A DNA stretch of 25,323 nt from Toensbergia leucococca (taxonomy: Eukaryota), in assembly GCA_022813965.1 (NCBI GenBank), contig JALDZS010000040.1, positions 124,001 through 149,323 of the forward strand, written 5' to 3'. Below, piece after piece: positions 1 through 10,964 of this stretch. The notes under the pieces are model-generated. The model saw nothing but the letters and a program-made list of their open reading frames with translations. It was not told where the DNA came from and made no database searches. How positions within the stretch are numbered: the stretch's first letter is position 1; each line of letters opens with the position of its first letter. Both the position numbers and the translations under genes were made by a program.

Positions 1-650
1 GAATTACGCACTTCATCTCTCACCTCACTTCTCACCTCATCTCTCGCAGGTACAGCACACATCTCTTACGACGAAACCCGCTCATCGTCTTGCCTGTCTC
101 CATCTACAAACATCTCGCCACTCACACGCCTCCAAGTCCTCCGCTTAAGCTCTTGAACCGAACCTTCATCGCCCTCGAATCAGGGGTCAGTACTCAGACC
201 GCGCTAGATTTACGTCTTGGGCCAAGAACGTGCTTTTGCAATGGCTAGGTTGGTAAGAAAATGGGTTCTTGTCTGGACGAGGTTTTGATTGTTCACAATG
301 AAGACTTGGGGTTGAAGAAGGCGGCTGTTTGTTGATGTGGAGATTTGTTTTGAGTGATGGAATATTGATGGAGGGAGGTGGAGAAAGACAGATCATTTCT
401 TTCTTTACATTCTCTCTTCACAGTCATCCTTTATATTCATTCTTCACAACCTTTTGTCACAGCTTTTCGGGACATTCAGCGGAATATATGACTTATGGGA
501 AGGGGTAGGTAAGTAGGTCGTTCTTCTCTTTGCTCCACGTACAGCTTGACGTTTAATTCAAGCGACTGAATCCTCGTCTTCCGCCTCATCGGATAAAATA
601 CGTTTTGAACTTGCAAGCGTCTAGTCCTCCCTCCTCAAAATCCTGTTACA

Positions 651-1507
651 ATGCTAACCTTGAACATCATGGCCCTTCCGACCGAACTATGACTTTGTAT
701 TCTCCAGGTTGTCCTTGTTTCGGAAAAGCCTTGGTTCCTGAATAATAATGAAGAAGATCGATCTCAAGCTTTGTATCGCTGGGTAGGCCCCTACGTCACT
801 TCTGAGGACATTCAACTGGACATCAACCAAACTTGCCACATATATTGCAATGAAGCGATCCCTATCTTTCACGGAAAGAATAAAGTCATCGCCGACAAGA
901 GGAGCACTCTCAACGCTTGGTCAATGACTTTCTAAGACCTCGCTCGACCGTCCATTCAATCCTTATCCTCCCGGCAGAATACTACATAACACCAAGTTAG
1001 AACGCGGCGAAAACCCTTTGATCTTTAATCCGGACATGGAACTCGCAGACATCATGCAGTAGTAGTGCTCTATCATATCATCTGTCAATCTCTCAAGATG
1101 AGCAATCTCACCCTTCACTTGACTTGGAAAATTAAACTTGCAAGGATTTATCGTTCCGATGTGTCCAACTACCAACTCATGCCAACGTCAAAGTCTGTCA
1201 AGAGCCAGCGGCCACTAGATCATGAGTATCCATATATGGCCGCTATAACCTTCTGTGGCGTGACACCCAATGATGAGAGATGCTTTTGGTCGACACCGGT
1301 AAACCTGCTGAAAGCGCAAAAGAGGTCTCTAAAGGAAGATAAAAGGAGCAATGAAGTGATAAGTGAGTTGCTCTTGGAGAAAGCTCTGCAACGACTTAGG
1401 GAGCAGAGACAGCGTACTTGAATGAGAGAAAAGACATGTCTCTGCTAGTCCTCAAGCGCCCTGAGCGGACATCCAGTGATGAGCGAGAGTCTTAGAGATG
1501 AATGTAA
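651..1507 (+). pseudogene. Disabled paralog of the neighbouring hypothetical F-box-like gene (2265-3080)
   Basis: Hand translation from ATG 651: MLTLNIMALPTEL*LCILQVVLVSEKP...INQTCHIYCNEAIPIFHGKNKVIAD aligns with MSTFNLMGLPRELLLRVLESALVSEHP...LTRTCRTLHKEGTAIFYGKNTFIAD. ORF 1065-1421 aligns with the paralog's C-terminal half, and the tail AYLNERKDM...ES*R*M* aligns with TYLKERKQM...LWRWM*. Stops at 690-692 (TGA) and 933-935 (TAA), frameshifts near 960, 1060 and 1410, and both terminal Trp codons are now TAG/TGA. Confidence 0.85.
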
Positions 1508-2025
1508 GAGTGAAATCCTCTCCACGACGACCTGTACTCATCTAATTGAGAATAGCATGACATTTTAGCTCTCAGCGCCGGCGGGTGCGTTGCAAAACTG
1601 GATAAAAATGAACCTGTAAGCATTCTCTCATGACTTGCTTTTGTTATTCTTATGTGACCTTGCATTGTCTCCTTCATTGCTTCTCATCTATCGTGCGTGA
1701 CACTCGGATGTCTACCAGCCTATCTACGCGATTTAAAATCCTGATTGGCTATTCTTATGCGTCATCCTCTCCGTCCCCTTGTTCAGTCGGCCACTATTGA
1801 TTTAATGAGGTAGAATTTCTAGAGCCTAGAAACTATGGGAGATAGGAGCCGAGCTATATAGGTAACAGTCAGGCTGGCGTTCGCCGTGGAAACTGAATGG
1901 GACCAGTATCATTATCGAATCATGACCATTATCATCGCCCGTTTCGTCATCGCCACTTGGTCATCTATCTGATAGGGTCCAATCTCCTACTAAACCTTTG
2001 TCCTAAACAAACAATGTTGTCGTTT

Positions 2026-2083
2026 ATTGATACGGAATATTGTCGCAGGAGACATCATTCATCGATCGACACGGAATATTGTC
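2026..2083. repeat. Two copies of a 19-bp direct repeat AT(T/C)GA(T/C)ACGGAATATTGTC upstream of the 2265 gene
   Basis: Copies at 2026-2044 and 2065-2083 (39-bp period), read directly. Confidence 0.8.
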
Positions 2084-2264
2084 TGAACCCGTGTCAACAC
2101 CACATACATGCCTCTATGGCAGAGGTACAAAAGTAAACCTTTCTTCTCTTCACTCAACTTTCAAACAACATGCTCTTTCTTTGGTGATCGAAGTCCATAA
2201 AATTCTACAACTCCAAGACAGCCACCAAGACTTGAAAACGCTTGGTCCTCAGGATCCTAGGACG

Positions 2265-3080
2265 ATGTCTACCTTCAATCTCATGGGTCTTCCGCGCGAA
2301 CTTCTTCTCCGCGTTCTTGAGTCTGCCCTTGTTTCGGAACATCCTTGCCTTATTAACAGGATTGAACATGAACGGTATCGGGGCCCATTAATGACTCATG
2401 TGGCCGAGCGGCTAGCCCTCACCCGAACCTGCCGCACCTTACACAAGGAAGGGACGGCGATTTTCTACGGCAAGAACACGTTTATTGCTGACGGGATGAT
2501 CACCATCCACCTGTTTTCATTCAACACGTCAGCCCGAGCGTCGGTCGAGAGTTTCATTCTCCTGGATGAGTGTTACAAACGCGCAGAATCTTTTTTAGAA
2601 GGTGATCCCACTGACTTGTCGCTGAACTCGCAAGAGGCCTTGTCCACATGCTACACTACAGCAACGCTCTACCTCGCCCTCCGCCGGTTTCATCAGTTGA
2701 GAAATATCATCTTTTACCTTGAATGGGGCACTCTTCATCCCAAGATCTACAATCTGATAAGGCGCATAGTCCTGGAATTACCCACCTTGAAATCGATCGA
2801 AATCCAGCGACCGTATTATCATTACTGCCTAAGAGCTATTCGTCTGGTCCGGTGCCCGATGATCATGAACGAGTATCAAAAAGAGCGCTGGAGGAAAGAT
2901 GCGGAGGAGAACAAGGCCATGAATGAGTACCTCTTGGAGAAAATTTCCGAGAGACTGCGAAGGGAGAGAAATGAACCAGCGGGGGTGACGACGTACTTGA
3001 AGGAGAGAAAGCAAATGATGCTTCTGGAATGGCCTGAAGAAGTCTCCCCTCTTGAGCACCAGTTGTGGAGATGGATGTAA
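2265..3080 (+). CDS. Hypothetical fungal protein (271 aa) with an N-terminal F-box-like LPxEL motif and an LxRTCRxLHxExxxIFYxxNTF motif (DUF7730-like)
   Basis: Open intronless frame within ORF 2040-3080. First ATG is at 2265 and matches the start of the upstream paralog. The motifs are typical of an expanded Pezizomycotina hypothetical family. The family name is inferred. Confidence 0.75.
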   Translation: MSTFNLMGLPRELLLRVLESALVSEHPCLINRIEHERYRGPLMTHVAERLALTRTCRTLHKEGTAIFYGKNTFIADGMITIHLFSFNTSARASVESFILLDECYKRAESFLEGDPTDLSLNSQEALSTCYTTATLYLALRRFHQLRNIIFYLEWGTLHPKIYNLIRRIVLELPTLKSIEIQRPYYHYCLRAIRLVRCPMIMNEYQKERWRKDAEENKAMNEYLLEKISERLRRERNEPAGVTTYLKERKQMMLLEWPEEVSPLEHQLWRWM

Positions 3081-3087
3081 TCCTTTT

Positions 3088-3173
3088 GGCAGCAACTTTT
3101 ACTCGGCAGCAAAAACTTAATCGGTAGCAACTTGTAATCGGTAGCAACTTTCAATCAGTAGCAACTTTTACTC
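3088..3173. repeat. Minisatellite, 5 degenerate copies of a 17-18-bp unit (GG(C/T)AGCAACTTTTAMTC-like) in the 3' region of the 2265-3080 gene
   Basis: Units at 3088-3104, 3105-3122, 3123-3139, 3140-3156 and 3157-3173, abutting without spacers. Confidence 0.9.
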
Positions 3174-3189
3174 ACAAGGGTGCACGAGC

Positions 3190-3322
3190 TCAGAGAGACT
3201 TTGAAGGAAGAGAAGCGAAGCAGCGGAGGCAATTCAGAGCTTACACACGGCTCCGCATTCAAGCAGCATTTAATGCATGGAGGTGGATGTAACATTCTTT
3301 TTTTGGCAACAAGTTCATACTC
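3190..3322 (+). pseudogene. Third, fragmentary copy of the 3' end of the 2265-3080 gene
   Basis: SERL*RKRSEAAEA (3190 onward, TGA at 3202 where the intact gene has CGA) matches SERLRRERNEPAGV. WRWM* at 3278-3292 matches the intact C-terminus and is followed by a T-run and one degenerate minisatellite unit (3305-3322), as in the intact copy. Confidence 0.75.
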
Positions 3323-3446
3323 ATGCTCATTAAAGACGGGCAGCATCATGTAGTCCGGTCTATCTTAAGACTTGACTCATGGATCGTGCGAATAGTGAAG
3401 TTTCTGATAGACATAATCACAAATGTGTGTTTTCATCAATTCATTA

Positions 3447-3602
3447 CTCGTGGTTACCTACTTATGCGGCAACCCTACTTATGCGGCACTAAACCTCTTT
3501 CAGCTAGCAAGCCTCTAGCTCACGATCTAAAATATGACCCGCTAGCTGAAAGGGGTTTAGTGCCGCATAAGTAGGGTTGCCGCATAAGTAGGTAACCACG
3601 AG
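3447..3602. mobile_element. 156-bp MITE, Tc1/mariner superfamily, pogo/Fot1-like TIR structure
   Basis: 62-bp TIRs (3447-3508 and 3541-3602) with 1 mismatch around a 32-bp spacer. Flanked by TA on both sides (3445-3446, 3603-3604). Each TIR carries an internal direct repeat (CCTACTTATGCGGCA x2), as is typical of Fot1/pogo TIRs. Confidence 0.9.
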
Positions 3603-3604
3603 TA

Positions 3605-4200
3605 GTCATCAAATGTTGAGAAATTGTGATGACATCTCATCCATCATGCAAATTCTCCGTCATGAGATATACTCTATTTCTGTCACCCTCATAAATCACT
3701 CATGAAGCTACCTTATGATAATAAATCATACCAAGCTGTGTGATTTATATCTGATAGTGATCCTACTATTCAGAGATTTATGCATCATATTTGTGAAAAA
3801 AATTTATCTTCATGTCTATGTGTCACTGAGAGCAACCTATTTAAAAGAAGGAGGTTGATCAACAAAGGTAGATAGATCATAAAAGAAAGAAGTATATCAC
3901 ATCTTCTATCATATAAACAAAAAAATAGAAAGAGTACATAAAATTCATGGATTTTACAAAAAAAAAGAAATAAATACTCTAGCTTGTCAAAAACTATGAT
4001 ATTTTTTCTACCTACCTAAAGAACTAAGAAACATTGATTGAGTCTAAGATAAGGGAGATGTTAAGTTAGGATGTTAATTGATTACAAAAAGCTTGCCTTT
4101 TCATTCTAAATTAGTACTGCTTTTGCACGTTGAGAGGTAGATTGATGATGGATGTCAAAAATGTTAAGCGGGATTGAGTGATGAATGTGATATGAAAGAA
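3605..4200. other. AT-rich, CpG-depleted degenerate relic (mutated repeat or dead gene), interrupted by the MITE
   Basis: No CG dinucleotide seen between 3660 and 4127. TG/CA are abundant and no ORF is listed. Boundaries are approximate, and similar sequence lies left of the MITE (~3390-3444). Confidence 0.6.
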
Positions 4201-4388
4201 AGCATGATTGATTCTTTATGTGCTCCGAGGCCTTACTGATGTCTACGTGAGCAATGGGTTAAGTGAGGGTGAGGAGGGTCATTAAGACCGGTGTTTCAGA
4301 TATCAATAGCCATCCCTTAACAAGCCAAAACAAGGGGGCATTTTTTCTACAACATCAACAATTATTCTACATGCGCAATCGACCCGAT

Positions 4389-5655
4389 TCAATGCGCCTC
4401 AACTGCAGCCGGCTCTTCCAGATAGCCATACTTCTCCCTCATGCCCGCATAATCTTTGAATTTGACCGGTTCGTACAGAGCCGGATGCGCTGCGTTGATG
4501 CAGGCTGGTAGGCACTCGATCAGCGTGTCGCTGTCCGGAGCGACGAAATAGGGGATCGAGTATCGGGCGCGTGTCAGGCGTTGGGCGCCGTTGAAGCGGT
4601 CTTGGAGGGGGGGAAGCGTGACTCGGTGGGTTGCTGATATGAATGTGTCTAGCGGCGATGATTAGTTTTCTTGATTGGGAATGATTTAAGGGAGATTGTG
4701 GGGTTACCGTTGCTCAGGCGTTGTAGCATATCTCCGATGTTTAGAACTAGGGCGTTGGGAACGGGTTTTGCGGGTAGGAATTTGCCTTCTTGATGGGGAT
4801 CTTCGAGTTCTAGACCTCCGCAGTCGTCTTGAAAGAGCAGCGTGAAGGAGCTATAGAGAGCTAGATTAGAGATAGGAAAATGTAATCTTGCGCACTATCC
4901 AGGGAGAGCATACCTCCAGTCCGTATGTGCAGGCATGCGGGCAACAATCTGCTTCTCCAAATCCCCAGCTGGTACAGGAGGATAGTGCAACAGTCGAAGT
5001 TGATTGTTATGTCCTGAATGAGCGCGGAAAATTTGCTTCTTCTCCTCTTCTGTGAGGTTGAGACCTTCGGCAAAAGCTTCAAGGATCATTTGAGCGGTTT
5101 TGCGGAGCTCCCAGTAGAATTTGGTTGTGAAAGCACGGAAACCTGGCAATGTCTCCTCTGGTAGCCACTGATTAGGTTGGGCGGGGTTTTCCTCACTGCC
5201 TATCTCGTAGCTCTCCTGATAATTACATCAATAAAATCCCTTGCCATGGTCCGAGAATAGGAGGGTTTTTGCGTGGGTATTACTTTAAAGTCTGATACCT
5301 CTCTCAGAGTCTTGCCAGCCGTCTCTTGCACTTCTTCGGCCTCTAGATCCTTTTTCGATAGAACTTTCTCGAGGCCCGGGTGTGAGTAACCCCGATGGAC
5401 CGAGTATCCAGGCGGGTGAGGTGCTTTCATCTTGTCTTGATGTTCGAGGTCAAACAGCTTCTTCGTCCAAGCAATTGCTTCCTCCAGCAGGTCCGGGGAG
5501 ACGCCATGACCGACGACATAGGCAAATCCTAAATGATGACAGGCTTCGGTCAGATTTCGAGCAGCATTCTGGCGTTGGTCGGTGGTGCCGGATGAGAAGT
5601 GAGAGAGGTCGACGAGTGGAAAGGGTACATCTTTGGTGGCAGTAGATTGGGACAT
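4389..5655 (-). CDS. 2-oxoglutarate/Fe(II)-dependent dioxygenase (DIOX_N + 2OG-FeII_Oxy; isopenicillin N synthase/thymine dioxygenase-like), ~358 aa
   Basis: Exons 5655-5284, 5215-4914, 4850-4708 and 4648-4389 splice in frame with GT..AG introns. Motifs FPLVDLS, GFAYVVGHGV, LRLLHYPP, metal triad HTD...HRV, GGLE, NIGDMLQRLSN and the RYSIPYF 2OG-binding motif. Confidence 0.93.
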
Positions 5656-5838
5656 GTCGTTTTGTTCAACTTTCAACAGATTGGTGCTGTGGTCTTGTTG
5701 AATGTTTGAAGTGGTAGGATTGAGTCGACATGTTCAAGCAGAGGGTCCATACATTAATCGTCATTGTCTGACATGCATGCTGACTCGGAATTAGGGATTA
5801 GTGGTTAGTGGAGGATTCGGTCTTCCATTGATTTATTA

Positions 5839-6501
5839 GGCGTATTCATAATGCTGTCGGTTCCTTGGCGCCATTTTATTTCCCCCCGTGCCCCCCCCCC
5901 CCCAGGTGAGTTACACCTAAAAAGTCGACATTCAGCTACCTAAAACCTCCTCATTATCCTATCATCATTAGTAGGCTGGGGGTATAGGCTGGGGAACAGG
6001 GCCTTTATCTCCTTGATTTATAGTAGTAAGAGCATGAGATGGTGGTCAAATGGCGCCCGTCATCCCTATTCTATTAATTGATTGATCTATGCTGGAGAAC
6101 GCTGGAGAGCGCTGAAGAACAGGGGCCAAAATGCGCCCGTCATCCCTAATGACCTCCATGCAGAAAACTCATCTTATTCCGGATCACCCTCATCTAAACC
6201 CTCATCTAATGATCACATCTCAAGTTCTCGTTGCAAAGCCTTGTAGTCACCCTCAAATATAGTGATAGGTAAACTCATGATGTGGATGGATGGATGGAGG
6301 TGAATGCAACGGGGGTGAATGCGATCTTTGCAAAGTCAGTATGGCCTCACCATTGTCTATTCAGGTCATTATACTACCTTACTGATGATGGTAGGATAAT
6401 GGGGTGGAGTTAGGTAGTTGAATGTTGACTTTTTAGGTGCCAATCAGTTGGGGGGGGGAAATCGAGTGGTGCCAAGGAGCCGACAGCATTATGAATACGC
6501 C
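5839..6501. mobile_element. 663-bp non-autonomous DNA element with long (~125-137 bp) degenerate terminal inverted repeats
   Basis: Left end GGCGTATTCATAATGCTGTCGG (5839) and right end CCGACAGCATTATGAATACGCC (to 6501) are exact reverse complements. Imperfect pairing continues to ~5975/~6377. TA flanks both ends (5837-5838, 6502-6503). No internal ORF. Internal short direct repeats are present. Confidence 0.85.
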
Positions 6502-7022
6502 TAATCTCCCTGTTTCACTTAGTGACTCTTTAGCATGGACGGGAGACTCGCAAGCTGGATGGGGCTTAGTGCAACATAGGTAGGCGAGGTAGGGTTGCTG
6601 CAGGTGGGGGTTATCACGAGTAGAACTGATCTCTGTTGACTATTACTATTATACGTATGTTTCAAACATAATGATTGCAATCTTTACTGATTGTACTTGT
6701 ATTCTCAGTTTGAAGGTAACATAAATTACTGCTACATCAGGTAAATAAATATCATACAGCTACAGTTCAGGTACTTCACAGACACACACATTAGTCTGAA
6801 GTAAATCACTTCAACTCAATATTGTACAAGTACACCTCTTCAAGTTAGATATTCAAACTAACACGGACGTCGTAGATTGAGAGGAGTAAAAGACCCAAAA
6901 GGATCCACGCTCTAGTAATAACACTACCCCAAGTCTTACATCTTTTACTCTCTGTTACGTCTGGGGTATCACATATCGAAACGTCCTTCTCAAAAGCTTC
7001 CAGGTCTGCGAGGGAACAAAGC

Positions 7023-10000
7023 TCAGGCCAAAGTCCGAGATATATCATCCATGTTCATTTCAAACTCTCCATAGTCAAAGTCCAGAAGGTTGACGTCGAA
7101 TTCTCCGTCTGCAAAGGGAATCAAAGGACTTGCAATGCCCATTGGCTTGCATTTCATGCTGGGAAAGAGTCCATCAAAGCTATCGGCAGGTGTCATTCTT
7201 GCTACCGAAGAATCAGGAGAAGAGCCGTCTGTTGATATCACCGTGCTTTCTAAGCTGTCGACGGACGTTGAAATGGGTAGGTCGATTACCGACTGAAAGC
7301 TAACAGGGCCTTGTCCCGCAATTCCTGAATTATCACACCCGAAATTGAACAATCCGGCGTCTGTCATTTTACTGGACCAGGGTTGTACGGGATCCCAAAC
7401 TGGACTGGAAAAGCCTTGTCCATATGGAAGAAAGTAGCTCTCTGTGCTTGTTAATGAAAACTGACGGCTATCGTTTCGTACTAAAGCCTCCCTGGCTATT
7501 TCTTCCATGGCTTTGCACACTTCATGCATGTGACCAATTGACCGAATGTCCGGTTCCAGCTTCTCAATTTTGGACACCGAGTGAAGCACTGCTTGCATAA
7601 GTCTGTAGTCGGATACTGCCTCACTTGAACCGGGATTTTGCACAATGTTCGCGAAAATCGCGCCAAATGAAGTCAGAGTAGTGCTCATCGCGAGCCTACA
7701 GCAAATCGTGTTAGGCAGACACGTGGTAGGCATGCTTGGACTAGTCACTCACCAGTTGAAAGCATTCCCTCCTCCGAACGGTAGACACTGGTAAAGGGCA
7801 ATGGCCGCTCGTGCAACCTTTAAGCACGTCGAGACCGCTATATTGAGCTGTGTCTGGACAAGAGCCCCCAAAGAGCTTTCACTGTCCTGATGCGACTGCT
7901 CTTGATAATTATACGCGCAAAAGATAGCCATTTGGTGTATCATTGCCAGAACATTGTAATACTGTATCTGGATTCCACAAAAATGAAAGTGCGAGCTTGT
8001 AAAGACGACTGATGGCAATTTAAAACAAGGCCGCAACTCTAGAGGCATCCATTCCCTCCATTCCTCGAGTTGGCAATCAAGCTCTTTGATGCTTATCAAC
8101 AGATCCATGATAGTCCGCTTGCGTGCCCAAGGAGAATATAGCTGTCGATAAACTCTGCTTTGGATGAGAGCCAGTTTAGTTCTAGTGCGGAAGAGATTGA
8201 CAAAACTGCCGTCCGTAATTTGTTTCAAAACGCCGAAAGTATCGTTGCTATCAGAGTCATCTTCAGGCGGCTCGATTTCTAGATCGAGGTCGATGGAAGC
8301 CGAAGGGTTCCCCGTTCGTCGAGTCATACTGTTGGGAGAAGATTAGCAGAGCTTCCAGAGATTCAATATGAGTATACACACTCTTTGTCGAAAACGAATG
8401 CCAGCCAAAGAACGACCTTGGCTTGTCGTTGCTCCGAGGGATGAACCGCCATTCGGCTGTAGTCATCTTCATATACCCCAAGGTGGTGCAGGTGTCGTAG
8501 TGCGACTGTGAGAAGGGTACCAGTAAGTTCGGAAGTAGGACTGGCTTGTATGCACACAGCCTGTTGTGAATACGCATCAGCAATATTTCAAGACAAGAGC
8601 CGTCTATATGTCAACGAAGATGGTCATACCATCAGCAGCAAAGCTTGCACACATAGTAGACGCGGCTGGGCCAAGAGATCCGGGAGGACGGCCATTGCAT
8701 TTTCGAAAAGCTGGCGAGTCGTTCCCTTTGGATCTGAAGCCGACCAAAACGATGCCGAATCTATATTCGTGGGGTTTTGATTTGGTCGAGCCCGGAACAT
8801 CGAAATCGCTTTGGCACCGACGGCAAGTACTGTATTAAAGGCAGCAAACCATGCAGGATTTTGTGGTTGAGCATCCCAATGTTCTGTTTCTACCCGTTGC
8901 ATGAATGTGGCTTGATGGAAAAGTGGACTTGAGTAGTGGAAATGATCAAAGTAGAAATTGAGATACAAGACCATGTCTTCCCTCGAGGGCAATGCATGCA
9001 AAGACGAACGTGTGCTAAGTGATGACAGGGTAGTCTCTTTCTGTATGAGGTTGTCCGATGAGGAGATTGCCTTGATAAAGTTTTGAAGGGAAATGTTGCT
9101 CGTCCTGGAGCTGAGCCAGCGTATACCCTGAGGAGACCAGAGGGAGAGAACAGGTTCGCCACTTTGGAGAAAACATGCCACACCCGTGAGTTGTAATAGG
9201 TGGCCAACATGTACTGATAGGGAATTGATGTGCGACGGCCAGTATTTATGACGACTCGGCGTTGTACTCAAGGATTGCGGTCCTGATACACAACGGTCCG
9301 TGGGCTGTGGCATCAATAAATGACGAGTACCCGGCGCCTTATACACTTCGGGAGCTCGGCCCTGCTGAATAGTATTTGATTGTGTTTCAGAAGTGAAGAA
9401 GTGCTTTGATGACTCATTCTCGTGATCTGTGTGTCTCCGCTTTGCTTCTGACGGGCCATTGGTGCTAGCAGGAGATACTGGTTCATCCGGGGATGCCACA
9501 GAGTCTTGTAGGGAGGCTGAACGAGGGATGGTATAAGACCCCAGACCATAGTCGGCGGTATCATCTAAGGCTAGGATATGTCTCTCCTTCCCCTCGAGTA
9601 GACCTGACTGATTCAAGCATGCTTCGAGGCGTTTGACACGATCTTCGATGGTCCGCAGATCTTTTGCCCTGTAGCAAGAGAAGAAGTCAATGGTCTATGG
9701 TCATGAACAATTGAATTTGAGAAGATTCCTACCCTAATGGACTTTTGCGCTTGCGCTTGGGGAGGAGCTCCAACTCGCAGGTGGATTTGGCCTTGTTACA
9801 TTGCGTACAACTTGGCAAGACTCGATCGCATTTTAATTTCTTCATTCGACAGCGTTTGCATGCTTGCTGTGGAAGGTAGGTCAACGTGATGGCCAATGGA
9901 TTACAGAGCTGGGTAGGTTGGATTGGATCTTACTGCAACACGGCTTGCCTCATCGGAAGCTCCCTGTCCATTTCGGTCAGAGGCATTGGGATTGGGATTG

Positions 10001-10038
10001 GGAGTGGGAGCCAATGGCTGGCTCGCGGTAGTCAGCAT
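7023..10038 (-). CDS. Zn(II)2Cys6 fungal transcription factor with middle homology (Fungal_trans) region, ~901 aa
   Basis: Exons 10038-9934, 9866-9733, 9668-8630, 8560-8382, 8328-7753 and 7695-7023 splice in frame. Zinc cluster ACKRCRMKKLKCDRVLPSCTQCNKAKSTC, basic KRKRK, coiled coil IEDRVKRLEACL, and Fungal_trans motifs YFDHFHYSSPLFHQATF and VLWLAFVFDKDMTRRTGNP. Confidence 0.93.
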
Positions 10039-10964
10039 GGTAGGACACCCTAAAGTCAATGCTCTTTCAATATAAAGATTGCCAGTACGGACAGCGACTT
10101 GAACATAGGACAAGTCAAGTATGGGTTCGATGTACAATGCGACTTGTCGTTCAAGTAAGCTTCAATGTTGACATTTACCAGGCTCCAGGATATGAACGCT
10201 CAATGACTCATGCAGAAGAATTGGTAAGGTAGCTCGGTAGGTCGGTAGTAGAACTATTCTAGAGCTAGAAGACTGGCGCTGACTAGAATAGTGACTACTA
10301 CCTACCAGCAACATGCTTGGATTTTGATAGAACTAGAGTGCAGCTGGAGTCTCCGTCGTCTTGGTACGACACCTTGACACTTTACGGTTTCGGACATGAC
10401 GTTAACACCATCTTCCGTAAGCCATCCTAGTATATATTGGGACTAGCGCTCGGCTTATTGCAAGTTGGATCCCGTTTTCCGGATTCCGGGTCGTCAGGAA
10501 CTCCGATTGCCACGTGACCCATGTCTCCTCACTCTGCTAATGCGTTTTCGCACCTTCACCAATCACATTGTCGAAATAAGGATGATGAGACTGTCAATAC
10601 CCCAAGACCGCAGCTAATGAGTCCGGCCAGGCGTCTTCAACCAGAGATTTCTGATTTTGAAGAGCCGTTTTTCAAAATCTGTCGTGATGCATAGAACTAG
10701 AACTAGGAGTACCTACCATTTCTAAGGCATTCAACGCCACCAACGCCGCCGCCCTCCATGAATCCCTGCATACTAGTCCTGTGGTCGGCCTGAGCCACTT
10801 GGACGTTTCTACTACTGTCGTACTACTCGTAATCCTGCAATTCAATTAAATCACTTGTCCGCAAATTGAGAGCTCTAAATATCCTCTGCAATGGCTCGAG
10901 AGCTGCTTTCATCACCATCCGGCTGAGATTTTGTAATATTCTCGTAGGCTCTTGCGACTCGATA

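Noticed and set aside
187..396. 69-aa minus-strand ORF
   Set aside because: No recognisable motif and no convincing spliced continuation.
2040..2264. N-terminal 75-codon extension in the ORF track
   Set aside because: It starts at a non-ATG codon and has no counterpart in the paralog, whose homology begins at the ATG equivalent to 2265.
3088..3173. CRISPR-like appearance of the short repeated unit
   Set aside because: Units abut with no unique spacers, are degenerate, and the context is eukaryotic with no cas genes.
3323..3574. 83-aa ORF
   Set aside because: It runs through the MITE hairpin and is a chance open frame.
5971..6002. G-quadruplex candidate in the TIR element
   Set aside because: Only three runs of three or more G in range, so it does not meet the canonical four-run pattern.
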